Source: a virus
Lineage: Duplodnaviria; Caudoviricetes
Reading direction: 5' to 3' (one strand)
Virus record (IMG/VR): IMGVR_UViG_3300036768_000707
Location: 1-59,314 of that record
Length of the DNA stretch: 59,314 nt
In this document: one piece after another, positions 19,035 through 26,444 of the stretch
Numbering within the stretch: position 1 is the stretch's first letter
Layout: each line of letters starts with the position of its first letter
Notes under the pieces: model-generated
What the model saw: only the letters and a program-made list of their open reading frames with translations
What the model was told of the DNA's origin: nothing
The model's database searches: none
Made by a program: the position numbers and the translations under genes

Positions 19035-19475
19035 TCACTCCTCGCGGGACTGCGCCCGTTGTGCGCAGATAGCGTCGTACGCGGCCTGCACGCGGACGAA
19101 CGCTTGCGCATCTCCGCCTACGTCAGGGTGGAGGATCTTGGCGAGGGCTCGGTACGCAGCGTGCACGACAGCATCTGGCGCGTCAGGCGTGACGTAGAGC
19201 GCTGCGTAATCTGGTTCCTCGCCGAGGCCCGAGTCGTCGCGGATGATGTAGTCGTAGTCCGCGAACGTGCCTAGCACGTCGTAGAGGTAGAAGCGGTGAA
19301 TGCGCCAGACTTTGCGGTCACGGTCCCATTGCCGGAACGAGGGCGGGCACGTCCGGCGCAGATCGTCGAGGCACTCGCGGTCGTATGGGGAGCGGACCTC
19401 GTACCAGTCAGGGTCCGAGGTCCGCTTGACGTGCACCACGTCTGGCGCTCCGTATGATGTGCGTCTGCGCGTCAT
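19035..19475 (-). CDS. J-domain protein with HARP-like N-terminus
   Basis: YAALYV...AAYRALAKILHPDVGG...VQAAYDAI (HPD motif). Confidence 0.85.
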   Translation of the reverse strand: MTRRRTSYGAPDVVHVKRTSDPDWYEVRSPYDRECLDDLRRTCPPSFRQWDRDRKVWRIHRFYLYDVLGTFADYDYIIRDDSGLGEEPDYAALYVTPDAPDAVVHAAYRALAKILHPDVGGDAQAFVRVQAAYDAICAQRAQSREE

Positions 19476-20053
19476 GCGATGCTCCGTGAGTTGTCGATCA
19501 TCAGGACCCAGCGCGGGTTCTGTACCGCGCGTGACACCTGGTAGTCGACCGCCGCGAGCGCGTCCGCATCAACCCAGTTCTCGGGGTCGATGCAAACGAC
19601 CTCGGACTCCGCGTAGAAGGCGCGCGCCCCATCGTCAAACACGACGCCGACGCGCTCCTCTCGCTCGCGCGTGAACCGGTTGTACACACACCCGGTCCAG
19701 AAGACTTGGCCCTCGCCTGTGCGAGGGCGGTTGCGCGCGCGGGGGGCGCTCACTGTCACGCGCTTGCCGAGCTCCGGCTTGCGTGCGTCTCGCGCGATCG
19801 CGTCAAGCAGGTCCTCGCGGATGCGTCGCGCGTACTCCGCGAGCGCCTGTTCGCGCTCCTCCGGCGTCGCCGGGACGAGCTCGTATAACTCGCCCGCCCA
19901 ACTCGTGGACGCGTACACGACACGCCGGAACTTCTCGCCGTCCCAGACGATAGCGTAGAAGTCGCTATCGTCATAGCGGTTCAGTTCGCGCGTCTCGAGG
20001 ACGCCGTAGAGCTTCTCCTTCGCCGTTGCCGTTGCCGTCGTTGTCGCTGTCAT
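19472..20053 (-). CDS. Hypothetical protein
   Basis: GGAGGTG SD after promoter copy 2; YDDSDFYAIVWD motif. Confidence 0.75.
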   Translation of the reverse strand: MTATTTATATAKEKLYGVLETRELNRYDDSDFYAIVWDGEKFRRVVYASTSWAGELYELVPATPEEREQALAEYARRIREDLLDAIARDARKPELGKRVTVSAPRARNRPRTGEGQVFWTGCVYNRFTREREERVGVVFDDGARAFYAESEVVCIDPENWVDADALAAVDYQVSRAVQNPRWVLMIDNSRSIA

Positions 20054-20070
20054 CGTTCACCTCCACCTAC

Positions 20071-20100
20071 AGTATACGTCACGTGACGTGATGCTGTCAA
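20071..20100 (-). promoter_or_regulatory. Promoter with palindromic operator (copy 2)
   Basis: TTGACA-gcatcACGTCAcgTGACG-TATACT. Confidence 0.85.
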
Positions 20101-20115
20101 GGCCTGAGGTGCGCG

Positions 20116-20355
20116 TCATGACGCCAGTGCAGCAGCCCCTGTCACGCGGCGCGCCCTGCGCTTGCGATGCAGCCTGAGCGCGCCCTCGAGCAATAGTGCG
20201 CACTCGTGGCACAGGAGGTGGGCTGAGGCAGCACGTGCTTTGAACATCACCCAGATCCGCGCCTTGCGCGTGCATAGGGCGCAGGGGGCTTTGAGCAAGT
20301 GCGCGTCTGAAACAACTACCCCTCCGATGCTGATCTCGTTCGTCGTCTTGGCCAT
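20116..20355 (-). CDS. Small zinc-binding protein
   Basis: CALC...CHEC; SD GAGGAG. Confidence 0.55.
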   Translation of the reverse strand: MAKTTNEISIGGVVVSDAHLLKAPCALCTRKARIWVMFKARAASAHLLCHECALLLEGALRLHRKRRARRVTGAAALAS

Positions 20356-20398
20356 CTCTTTTCTCCTCTCTGCTGTTCTCTGCTGTTCTCTCTGCTGT

Positions 20399-20614
20399 TC
20401 AGTTCGCGGAGAAGATGTCGAAGTAGTTCAGTCCGGTACGCACGTCGCGGGCTACGCGCACGAGCTCGCCCGCGATGCTAAGCATCACGATACATCGCTC
20501 GCAGCCCTTGTCCTCCGGTGGAGGCGGTGCGTGTTCCGCATGGATCCTCTCGAGCTCCCGGATGATCGCCTCCAAGAAGGCGATCGCGTCCGAGAGGTGG
20601 TCGGCTGTGTCCAT
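20399..20614 (-). CDS. Hypothetical protein
   Basis: SD GGAGG; H...CERC. Confidence 0.6.
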   Translation of the reverse strand: MDTADHLSDAIAFLEAIIRELERIHAEHAPPPPEDKGCERCIVMLSIAGELVRVARDVRTGLNYFDIFSAN

Positions 20615-20830
20615 CTAGTCCTCCAGCCCTTCCCACTCAACATCTCGGTCGAAGCCCTCGCGCTCCAACCGCGCGCAGGCACTACAGAGGATGTAAAACT
20701 CCTCGTAGTACCCGCACTCCTCCGGGTCCAGCCCGGAGCAGTACGACAGTTCATTGTCCGGGTCGATCATCCGGATCGGGATGTATCCCGGCATGTACTC
20801 CGTCTGCTGCTGCTTCTGCGTCTGCATCAT
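20615..20830 (-). CDS. Small acidic Cys-containing protein
   Basis: AGGAGGTG SD after promoter copy 3. Confidence 0.6.
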   Translation of the reverse strand: MMQTQKQQQTEYMPGYIPIRMIDPDNELSYCSGLDPEECGYYEEFYILCSACARLEREGFDRDVEWEGLED

Positions 20831-20848
20831 GTCACCTCCTACATACCT

Positions 20849-20878
20849 AGTATACGTCATGTGACGTGATGCTGTCAA
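20849..20878 (-). promoter_or_regulatory. Promoter with palindromic operator (copy 3)
   Basis: TTGACA-gcatcACGTCAcaTGACG-TATACT. Confidence 0.85.
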
Positions 20879-20890
20879 GGCCTTATATTG

Positions 20891-21046
20891 ACGCGCTCTG
20901 CGTATCCGGCGCTCTCGACATCTGCGGCTCACGCTCAACCCTGACGGCGCTCTCATGTGGGACGGCTCGCTCGTCCGTCGCGGCACTCTCATTGTCTGAC
21001 GGCTCGCTCCTCTGTCTCCGGCGCTCTCGCTATCCCCGGCACGCTC
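20891..21046 (-). ncRNA. TIGR-like dual-repeat guide-RNA array, segment 2 (4 units)
   Basis: Alternating GAGCGAGCCG-like and GAGAG(C/T)GCCG repeats separated by unique 8-9-nt spacers. Confidence 0.8.
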
Positions 21047-21477
21047 TACGCCTCGGCGAACAGGAGCTCGCACTCGTCATCGTCGCACACCCAGTCATCA
21101 TCCTCGTAGGCGACCATCAGCTCCTCGATCTGGTCGATCGCGCGCTGCGCATCGGCGTCGTACCGCGCGACGTGATTTTGACCGTCCCACTCGCTCTCGT
21201 AACCCGCGATGATGCGTTCGGCGAGCGGCTGGATGGTGGCTAGCAGCTCGTCGAGGGCCTCGGCGGTGATGTAGGGCGAGATGTGCCAGCACAGCACGTG
21301 GCCGTGGTACACGTCCATCGGGACTGCATCACCGACCTCCGGATCGTAGTCGGCCAGGATCGCGCCGTCGCGCGCATCGATGGCGACGACCGCTCGTTGC
21401 GGGCGCGTCTGCCGCGGATACTTCCAGTACAGCGGATGCTGCGCATATACGCCGGTGTTGTTGATGATCGTCTTCAC
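21046..21477 (-). CDS. Hypothetical protein embedded in the array (paralog of 23793-24212)
   Basis: AAGGGAGG SD plus GTG at 21477; HPLY, D(A/V)RDG, VP..VY.G, PLAER shared with the paralog. Confidence 0.75.
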   Translation of the reverse strand: MKTIINNTGVYAQHPLYWKYPRQTRPQRAVVAIDARDGAILADYDPEVGDAVPMDVYHGHVLCWHISPYITAEALDELLATIQPLAERIIAGYESEWDGQNHVARYDADAQRAIDQIEELMVAYEDDDWVCDDDECELLFAEA

Positions 21478-21502
21478 TGAGACCTCCCTTCTACACAGTT
21501 GC

Positions 21503-21800
21503 TGGCGCTCAACGGCATCGGTACGCTCATCTCGCAACGGCTCGCTCCCTGTCACCTCGGCACTCTCACTACCCACGGCTCGCTCAGCGGCATCGGCACT
21601 CTCTCTTCTCCTCGGCTCGCTCCGCTGACGCGGCGCGCTCAATCTGCAACGGCTCGCTCTGATCGAAACGGTACGCTCCCGATCTTCGGCTCGCTCGCTA
21701 CCAGCGGCACCTCTCGCATGCGACGGCTCGCTCACGGACTCCGGCGCTCTCAATTGTTACGGCTCGCTCGGCACATGCGGCACTCTCGCCGACCCCGGCT
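21503..21800 (-). ncRNA. TIGR-like dual-repeat guide-RNA array, segment 1 (8 units)
   Basis: Invariant CGGCTCGCTC (+ strand) at 21538, 21576, 21613, 21650, 21687, 21724, 21760 alternating with CGGYRC(G/T)CTC variants at 21519, 21558, 21594, 21631, 21669, 21705, 21742, 21778; unique 8-10-nt spacers; period 36-38 nt. Confidence 0.88.
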
Positions 21801-22623
21801 ACGGCCAGTTGGGCGGCGCGATCATGTGCGCGTGCCCGCCATGCTCGATGACGTACGGCCGGGGCGGCGGCGTGCCGTACCGCAGCACGTACATCACGTG
21901 GTGCAGGTGCGCGAGCAAGAGCTTGACAGCGTACCGCCGTGCCCGTAGCTCGATCCGACCGAGCGGCAGCCGGCCCGCCTCGTACGCCGCGCGTGTCGCA
22001 GCATCGATGATGTTGCGCTCGGCGAGCGTCTGGCGCGCGAGGTCGGCGTACTCGCCGCGCTCGTTGCGCGCAAGCTCCAGCGCCTTGCGCTCCTCGTAGA
22101 TGCGACCGTAGAAGTCTTTCGGCGAGTTCCGGTGTTTCACGAAGCTGTCGCCCAGATTCCAGCAGATCGTCTTGAGCCGAGCGTTCCACGGCCGCTTCTG
22201 CCCTTTGCGCCACGTCACGGTGGGGTCGAGGCCCGCGAACCGCCAGATGTGACCGACGGTCGGCGCGCGCTCGATATCGATATGCGCGAGCAGACCGGCG
22301 GCGATGACAGGGCCGATGCCGTGGACGCTCTTCAGCCAGCGGCCCTCCGGCAGGGCATCAGTCCACTTGTCGAGGGCGCGCTGAATCTGCTGTTCCAGCG
22401 TCGCCATCTGCTCGAGCATCCAGCGCAGCACCTCGTTGCTCTCGCCGGACTCGGATGTGGCGCGCACCTGCGACTGTGCGCTGATGCGATACTCCTGTAC
22501 CTGGTAGTACGCGTCTACCAGATACCGCGCCTCTGCGCGTCCGAGACCGCGCGCATGACGCGCGAGGTCCCGCGTGAGCCGAGTGATCGGCTCGAGATCT
22601 AAGTCGATGGTAGTAGCAGTCAT
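21799..22623 (-). CDS. Nop/IS110-C-terminal-domain RNA-binding protein without nuclease domain (TasA-like)
   Basis: 274 aa: coiled coil then LKSVHGIGPVIAAGLLAHIDIERAPTVGHIWRFAGLDP...YGRIYEERK...ARRYAVKLLLAHL...PYVIEHGGH; no N-terminal RuvC DEDD domain and no IS110 catalytic SG motif; abuts the array. Confidence 0.82.
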   Translation of the reverse strand: MTATTIDLDLEPITRLTRDLARHARGLGRAEARYLVDAYYQVQEYRISAQSQVRATSESGESNEVLRWMLEQMATLEQQIQRALDKWTDALPEGRWLKSVHGIGPVIAAGLLAHIDIERAPTVGHIWRFAGLDPTVTWRKGQKRPWNARLKTICWNLGDSFVKHRNSPKDFYGRIYEERKALELARNERGEYADLARQTLAERNIIDAATRAAYEAGRLPLGRIELRARRYAVKLLLAHLHHVMYVLRYGTPPPRPYVIEHGGHAHMIAPPNWP

Positions 22624-22753
22624 GTCCCTCCCCAGATCTGGTGCTGATGCGTGACACGCGCGACGCACACGCGCGCGCGCATGCACGCGCAGCTAAGCGG
22701 GCTAGTGAGTGAGATGCTTCGGTTAGATCATGCGCGTACCTCCCTCTCCCCTG

Positions 22754-22822
22754 TATGTACGTCATCTGACGCAAACTTGTCAAGGGGGGGCCTTGACACC
22801 AGCACGTCAGATGACGTATGAT
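22754..22822. promoter_or_regulatory. Divergent promoter pair with operators (copies 4 and 5)
   Basis: Minus: TTGACA-agtttGCGTCAgaTGACG-TACATA (towards the tas-like gene); plus: TTGACA(22793)-ccagcACGTCAgaTGACG-TATGAT(22817). Confidence 0.82.
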
Positions 22823-22847
22823 ACGGATGAAGGGAGGTACAGCAGCA

Positions 22848-23270
22848 ATGGACATCATCAGGACGGAACACGGCACGGTAACGGTCGACGAGAAGGTGGC
22901 CACGCTCACGACAACGAGTGGCGTCACGGTCACGTGTCGCCGCGGCGCCAGTGGGAAGTGGCAGCGGCGGCAGATCGACGCCGCCTTCCGGGAGGGGGAG
23001 GTCTCCCTCCGGGAGGTGAAGGCGCTCGAGCAGATGTTCGGGGTGCTCGTGAAGAGCACCCCGGAGCGCGTTGGTGGGCGCGTGCGCGACGAGGAGTTCT
23101 TCCTGCTCGTCGCGGCGTGTAAGACGATGCACCGCGAGATCGCGACGCTGCTCGCGGCAGCGCGCGACCGCGGGGACGTCGCGATGGAAGCCCAGATCGT
23201 CGGGATCCGGGACGCGTTCTTCAACCTCAGCGATCAGGTTATCGCCGCCAAGAAGGCAGCGGCAAAGTAG
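22848..23270 (+). CDS. Hypothetical protein
   Basis: GGGAGGT SD after promoter copy 5. Confidence 0.7.
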   Translation: MDIIRTEHGTVTVDEKVATLTTTSGVTVTCRRGASGKWQRRQIDAAFREGEVSLREVKALEQMFGVLVKSTPERVGGRVRDEEFFLLVAACKTMHREIATLLAAARDRGDVAMEAQIVGIRDAFFNLSDQVIAAKKAAAK

Positions 23271-23281
23271 GAGGGAACACA

Positions 23282-23485
23282 GTGAACAAGCGACAGGCGG
23301 AAGCTCTCTCAACCCGGATCGAGCGCGAGTCGCCATCGACTCGCGTGACGGGGTTTAGACGGTGGCGGTTCGGACAGACGGTGTGCTACGTCATCGATGC
23401 CGAAGACGTGCGGACCGGCTACCCGTTCATCGTCTACGACGAAGAGGACTGGAACGAGCGGATGGCGCGCGTGGAGCCGGCCTAA
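23282..23485 (+). CDS. Hypothetical protein
   Basis: GGAGGG SD plus GTG. Confidence 0.6.
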   Translation: MNKRQAEALSTRIERESPSTRVTGFRRWRFGQTVCYVIDAEDVRTGYPFIVYDEEDWNERMARVEPA

Positions 23486-23524
23486 AGCCGGACCCAACGT
23501 CGCGCGCAGTTGAGGAGGTCAGAG

Positions 23525-23719
23525 ATGAAGAAGCAGACGACACACGCGACAGGGCCAGAGGGGCACGCGCTCCGCATCGCGCGGCAGCAGATGCGCGAGG
23601 CGTGCGTCATGGTGCGCGTCCTCGGCGGGAGCCACGTAGAGGCTGCCGCCACAATCGAGCGCCTGACAGGGCGGCGGCCGCCGCTGCCCCAGGGCTGCGG
23701 TTGTGCGCGCCCGAAGTGA
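23525..23719 (+). CDS. Hypothetical protein
   Basis: GAGGAGGT SD. Confidence 0.55.
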   Translation: MKKQTTHATGPEGHALRIARQQMREACVMVRVLGGSHVEAAATIERLTGRRPPLPQGCGCARPK

Positions 23720-23738
23720 AAAAAGATGGAAAAGGCCC

Positions 23739-23768
23739 TTGACACCCATACGTCAGATGACGTATGAT
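23739..23768 (+). promoter_or_regulatory. Promoter with palindromic operator (copy 6)
   Basis: TTGACA-cccatACGTCAgaTGACG-TATGAT. Confidence 0.85.
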
Positions 23769-23792
23769 ACAGGGGAAGGGAGGTACAGCAAG

Positions 23793-24212
23793 ATGGACGA
23801 CATCAAGATCATCATCAGCGGAGCGGGCAAGCACCCGCTCTACCAGTTGGGTCCCGACCGGGAACCGAACCCGGCGGTGATCGAACTCGACGTCCGCGAT
23901 GGCACGCTTCGTGCGTACGCGGACGACGCGCAGTCGGACACCGTCCCTTGGGCGGTGTATCAGGGGGCAGTTCGCTGGTTCGAGATCAATCCGAAGATCT
24001 CGCGCCAGGCCCTCGAACAGCTGCTCGAAGACATGCGGCCGCTCGCGGAGCGGGTGGTCAGCGGGCACTACATCCCAACACCGCGCGGGCGCGTGCGGCT
24101 CAGCTGGGATGCGAAGCGAGCGCTCGAGCAGATCGAGTGGCTAGCGGAAGAACACGAGCTCGACGCCGAACCGTGCGGCGAGCTCGGATGCGACATCTGC
24201 GGGGCACAGTAG
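23793..24212 (+). CDS. Hypothetical protein (paralog of 21046-21477)
   Basis: GGGAGGT SD; aligns by eye with the array-embedded gene. Confidence 0.75.
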   Translation: MDDIKIIISGAGKHPLYQLGPDREPNPAVIELDVRDGTLRAYADDAQSDTVPWAVYQGAVRWFEINPKISRQALEQLLEDMRPLAERVVSGHYIPTPRGRVRLSWDAKRALEQIEWLAEEHELDAEPCGELGCDICGAQ

Positions 24213-24228
24213 AGAGGGAGGGATCAAG

Positions 24229-24408
24229 ATGACGAACACGACGACCACGACCACGGCGGAGCAACGCAGCACCCGCTGTGCCGGGTGCTTCGCCCAGATC
24301 GACGCCCCGGCCATCATCACCATCGAGATCGGCAAGGGCGCAAAGGCGGGGTGCTGCTCGGAGAAGTGCGCTGCGCGCGTGTCGCGCAGCATGAACGAGG
24401 AGAGGTAG
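24229..24408 (+). CDS. Small zinc-finger protein (59 aa)
   Basis: Manual translation MTNTTTTTTAEQRSTRCAGC...CCSEKC; SD GGAGGG. Confidence 0.55.
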   Translation: MTNTTTTTTAEQRSTRCAGCFAQIDAPAIITIEIGKGAKAGCCSEKCAARVSRSMNEER

Positions 24409-24412
24409 AGAG

Positions 24413-24724
24413 ATGAAGGCGAGCGAGCGGCTAAAGCAGGCGGTCGACACGCTTCAACTAAACGCAATGCTGTGGGTGGACGGCGCCAAGGCCTGGCGTC
24501 GCCTGCTTGCAGCAGCGGACGACGCAACGAGCTCTCGCGAGGAGCTCGAGGCGGCGGTGCGCGAGTTCGCGCGCATCCAGGCCCAGCTCACAGCCTGGGG
24601 GCACGTCCTGGCGACGTACCGACAGGGAGACGACTGGATGCCGGCCGCGCGCGAAGACCAGGCGCGGCTCGAAGAAGCGTACTTCGAGCAGCTCGCGGCC
24701 CTCGTAGTAGGTGTGCAGTCATGA
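24413..24724 (+). CDS. Hypothetical helical protein
   Basis: ORF in a tightly packed plus-strand block. Confidence 0.6.
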   Translation: MKASERLKQAVDTLQLNAMLWVDGAKAWRRLLAAADDATSSREELEAAVREFARIQAQLTAWGHVLATYRQGDDWMPAAREDQARLEEAYFEQLAALVVGVQS

Positions 24725-24912
24725 ACGAGATGGACGAAGAAGTGAAGGCGTGCATCGAGTGTGGGACGCCGGTGCCGGAGCTGGAACGGTTCCCGGGCCC
24801 GCGCTGCCTCGCGTGTCACGCACGCAAGGTGGAGAGCGAGGAGCCGATCCCGCAGATGCCAAACTTCTTTCAAGCCATCACCATCACCAGCAAGAAGAGG
24901 AGGAACAAGTGA
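24721..24912 (+). CDS. Small zinc-binding protein
   Basis: CIEC...CLAC; ATGA overlap. Confidence 0.55.
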   Translation: MNEMDEEVKACIECGTPVPELERFPGPRCLACHARKVESEEPIPQMPNFFQAITITSKKRRNK

Positions 24913-25211
24913 TGACCACGCACGACACGCACGACACGCACGACACGCAGTCGGAAGAGACTCGGCGCTTCGGAGTGCTGCACGCCTACGCTCCAGTGAA
25001 CGGGGGCGTGTCCACGATGCCGCAGCATTGCGGCGTCGTGGACATGGACGCGACGGCGGCCGAGTTCGACGCCGATCCGCTGACAGTTCCGTGGGCGGAA
25101 CTGTCATGGATCCAGTACCCGGATCGGCAGTGTCTGGAGCTGGACGAGCACGGGTCCCAGTTCCAGATCCTGCCGCTCGACGCGTGCTCCGTGTGCGCGG
25201 GAGAGGAGTGA
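24912..25211 (+). CDS. Hypothetical protein
   Basis: GAGGAGG SD; THD repeats at the N-terminus. Confidence 0.55.
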   Translation: MTTHDTHDTHDTQSEETRRFGVLHAYAPVNGGVSTMPQHCGVVDMDATAAEFDADPLTVPWAELSWIQYPDRQCLELDEHGSQFQILPLDACSVCAGEE

Positions 25212-25257
25212 GCGAGCTCCCCTCCCCGCACACGCGCACGGGCGCGCCCCGCCCGAT

Positions 25258-25296
25258 GGGACTCCCCAAGCACACCACCTCCCCTTGGGGAGTCCC
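25258..25296. terminator. 13-bp perfect hairpin at the convergence of transcription units
   Basis: GGGACTCCCCAAG-cacaccacctccc-CTTGGGGAGTCCC. Confidence 0.6.
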
Positions 25297-25381
25297 TGGT
25301 TTCTCACCGCCTACGCCTACGCACAGAGGAGGGCCTGACATGCACGACACGTCAAGGCGTGCGTGCGTCACGCCAAGGCGT

Positions 25382-25433
25382 AGGACGCGATCGTGGCCCG
25401 CGATCGTGGGACGCGATCGTGGGACGCGATCGT
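25382..25433. repeat. 13-nt tandem repeat x4
   Basis: AGGACGCGATCGT, GGCCCGCGATCGT, GGGACGCGATCGT x2. Confidence 0.85.
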
Positions 25434-25523
25434 CCGGACGTGCATGCAAGAACGCGATCGCGTCGCCCTCGTGCGCGCCCGCATGCGTGACATGATCGCG
25501 TCATACACGCGATCGACGGCTAC

Positions 25524-25769
25524 TCACTCCTGCACTGACACACGCAGCTCAGCCTGTTCACGCGCCACCATCGTCATCGCACGCACGATCGCGTCTGGTT
25601 CAGTGCGCGCGAGCAGCTCCGCACATCCCGGAAAGACGAGGCGCGTACACCGTTCAGGTTGTTGCTCATCCCCAACGAGCAGAGTCGTCTCATGGAAGTA
25701 CAAGAGCTGGTTCACGTTCACGCGCACCTGACCTCCATCTAGCCCCTCAACTCCAATGAAGAATAGCAT
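25524..25769 (-). CDS. Hypothetical protein
   Basis: GGAGGT SD. Confidence 0.55.
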   Translation of the reverse strand: MLFFIGVEGLDGGQVRVNVNQLLYFHETTLLVGDEQQPERCTRLVFPGCAELLARTEPDAIVRAMTMVAREQAELRVSVQE

Positions 25770-25823
25770 TGCGTGCGACCTCCAAGCGCCAGGAAATCAT
25801 TGCATCATCAACTGTCGCGCGCG

Positions 25824-26444
25824 TCACCATGTCGACCATGCATACGTGAGCGGCGTGTTCCGCGCGAGTGATGTGAGAAGCAGCCGTGCTGCTGCTATCC
25901 CATGCAGATAGGGATCGTAGACAGCTGGTATGTAGGGAGCGGAGATCGGTGGGCCAAACTCTGACGACAGCATCACCTCGTCCCATGTCGCGTGCGAGAA
26001 CTGCGTGAGCCCGCGATACCCCGTCTGTGAGTCTGCGTCCGGGTCCCACGCCGACTCACGAGCGACAACAACAAGCAGATGAGCGAAGAACTCGCGGGGC
26101 GCTCCCCCATCACGTAAGCCGCGTAAGAACTCGTGGCACACGTGTGCCGGAGCTGAGGTTGGGCAGAGCGCGATCGCATCATCCTGCACCACCGCACCGT
26201 CCTGCTGCACCTCCGCGACGTGCATGCGGACGAAGACGAACAGGACGGCGGGAAGGTCTGCGGGCGGCTCTGCGTCAGGTGTCAGCACAAGTCCAGGTGA
26301 TGCGTCCACATCCAAGGCTGGGCCGTGCGCGCGCGCCGAGCATGCGGACGCGACGAGCAGCACACACATCAGCACGCAGGGCACGACAGCACGGCGCAGG
26401 CGCGCACAGAACGCGGCGACAGCCGGTACTTGGTGGCGCCTCAC
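25824..26444 (-). CDS. Putative lipoprotein with SLT/lytic transglycosylase-like domain
   Basis: Hydrophobic N-terminus LLVASAC; VARESAWDPDA...YRGLTQF...TW. Confidence 0.65.
   Translation of the reverse strand: MRRHQVPAVAAFCARLRRAVVPCVLMCVLLVASACSARAHGPALDVDASPGLVLTPDAEPPADLPAVLFVFVRMHVAEVQQDGAVVQDDAIALCPTSAPAHVCHEFLRGLRDGGAPREFFAHLLVVVARESAWDPDADSQTGYRGLTQFSHATWDEVMLSSEFGPPISAPYIPAVYDPYLHGIAAARLLLTSLARNTPLTYAWSTW

Noticed and set aside
20377-20400. Short tandem repeats (TCTCTGCTGT x3; also CACGACACG at 24920 and GTGCTGTC(A/T) at 26550)
   Set aside because: Simple slippage microsatellites with no further structure
21478-21753. N-terminal extensions of ORFs 21046-21753 and 20615-21073 through the arrays
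   Set aside because: Variable unit lengths scramble the frame into low-complexity ERA/SEP peptides; good SD-start pairs exist at 21477 and 20830
20917-21777. Spacers CAGATGTC and CATGTGCC resemble operator cores CAGATGAC and CATGTGAC (self-regulation)
   Set aside because: Only 7/8 matches and the partner spacers do not match adjacent sequence; compatible with chance
20891-21800. CRISPR array
   Set aside because: Repeats are 10 nt and alternate between two types, spacers are 8-10 nt, and there are no cas genes
21799-22686. IS110 insertion sequence / transposase
   Set aside because: No RuvC DEDD domain or catalytic SG motif; a multi-unit dual-repeat array and phage promoter fit a TasA-like protein better. 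The ATG at 22623 with an SD is preferred over 22686
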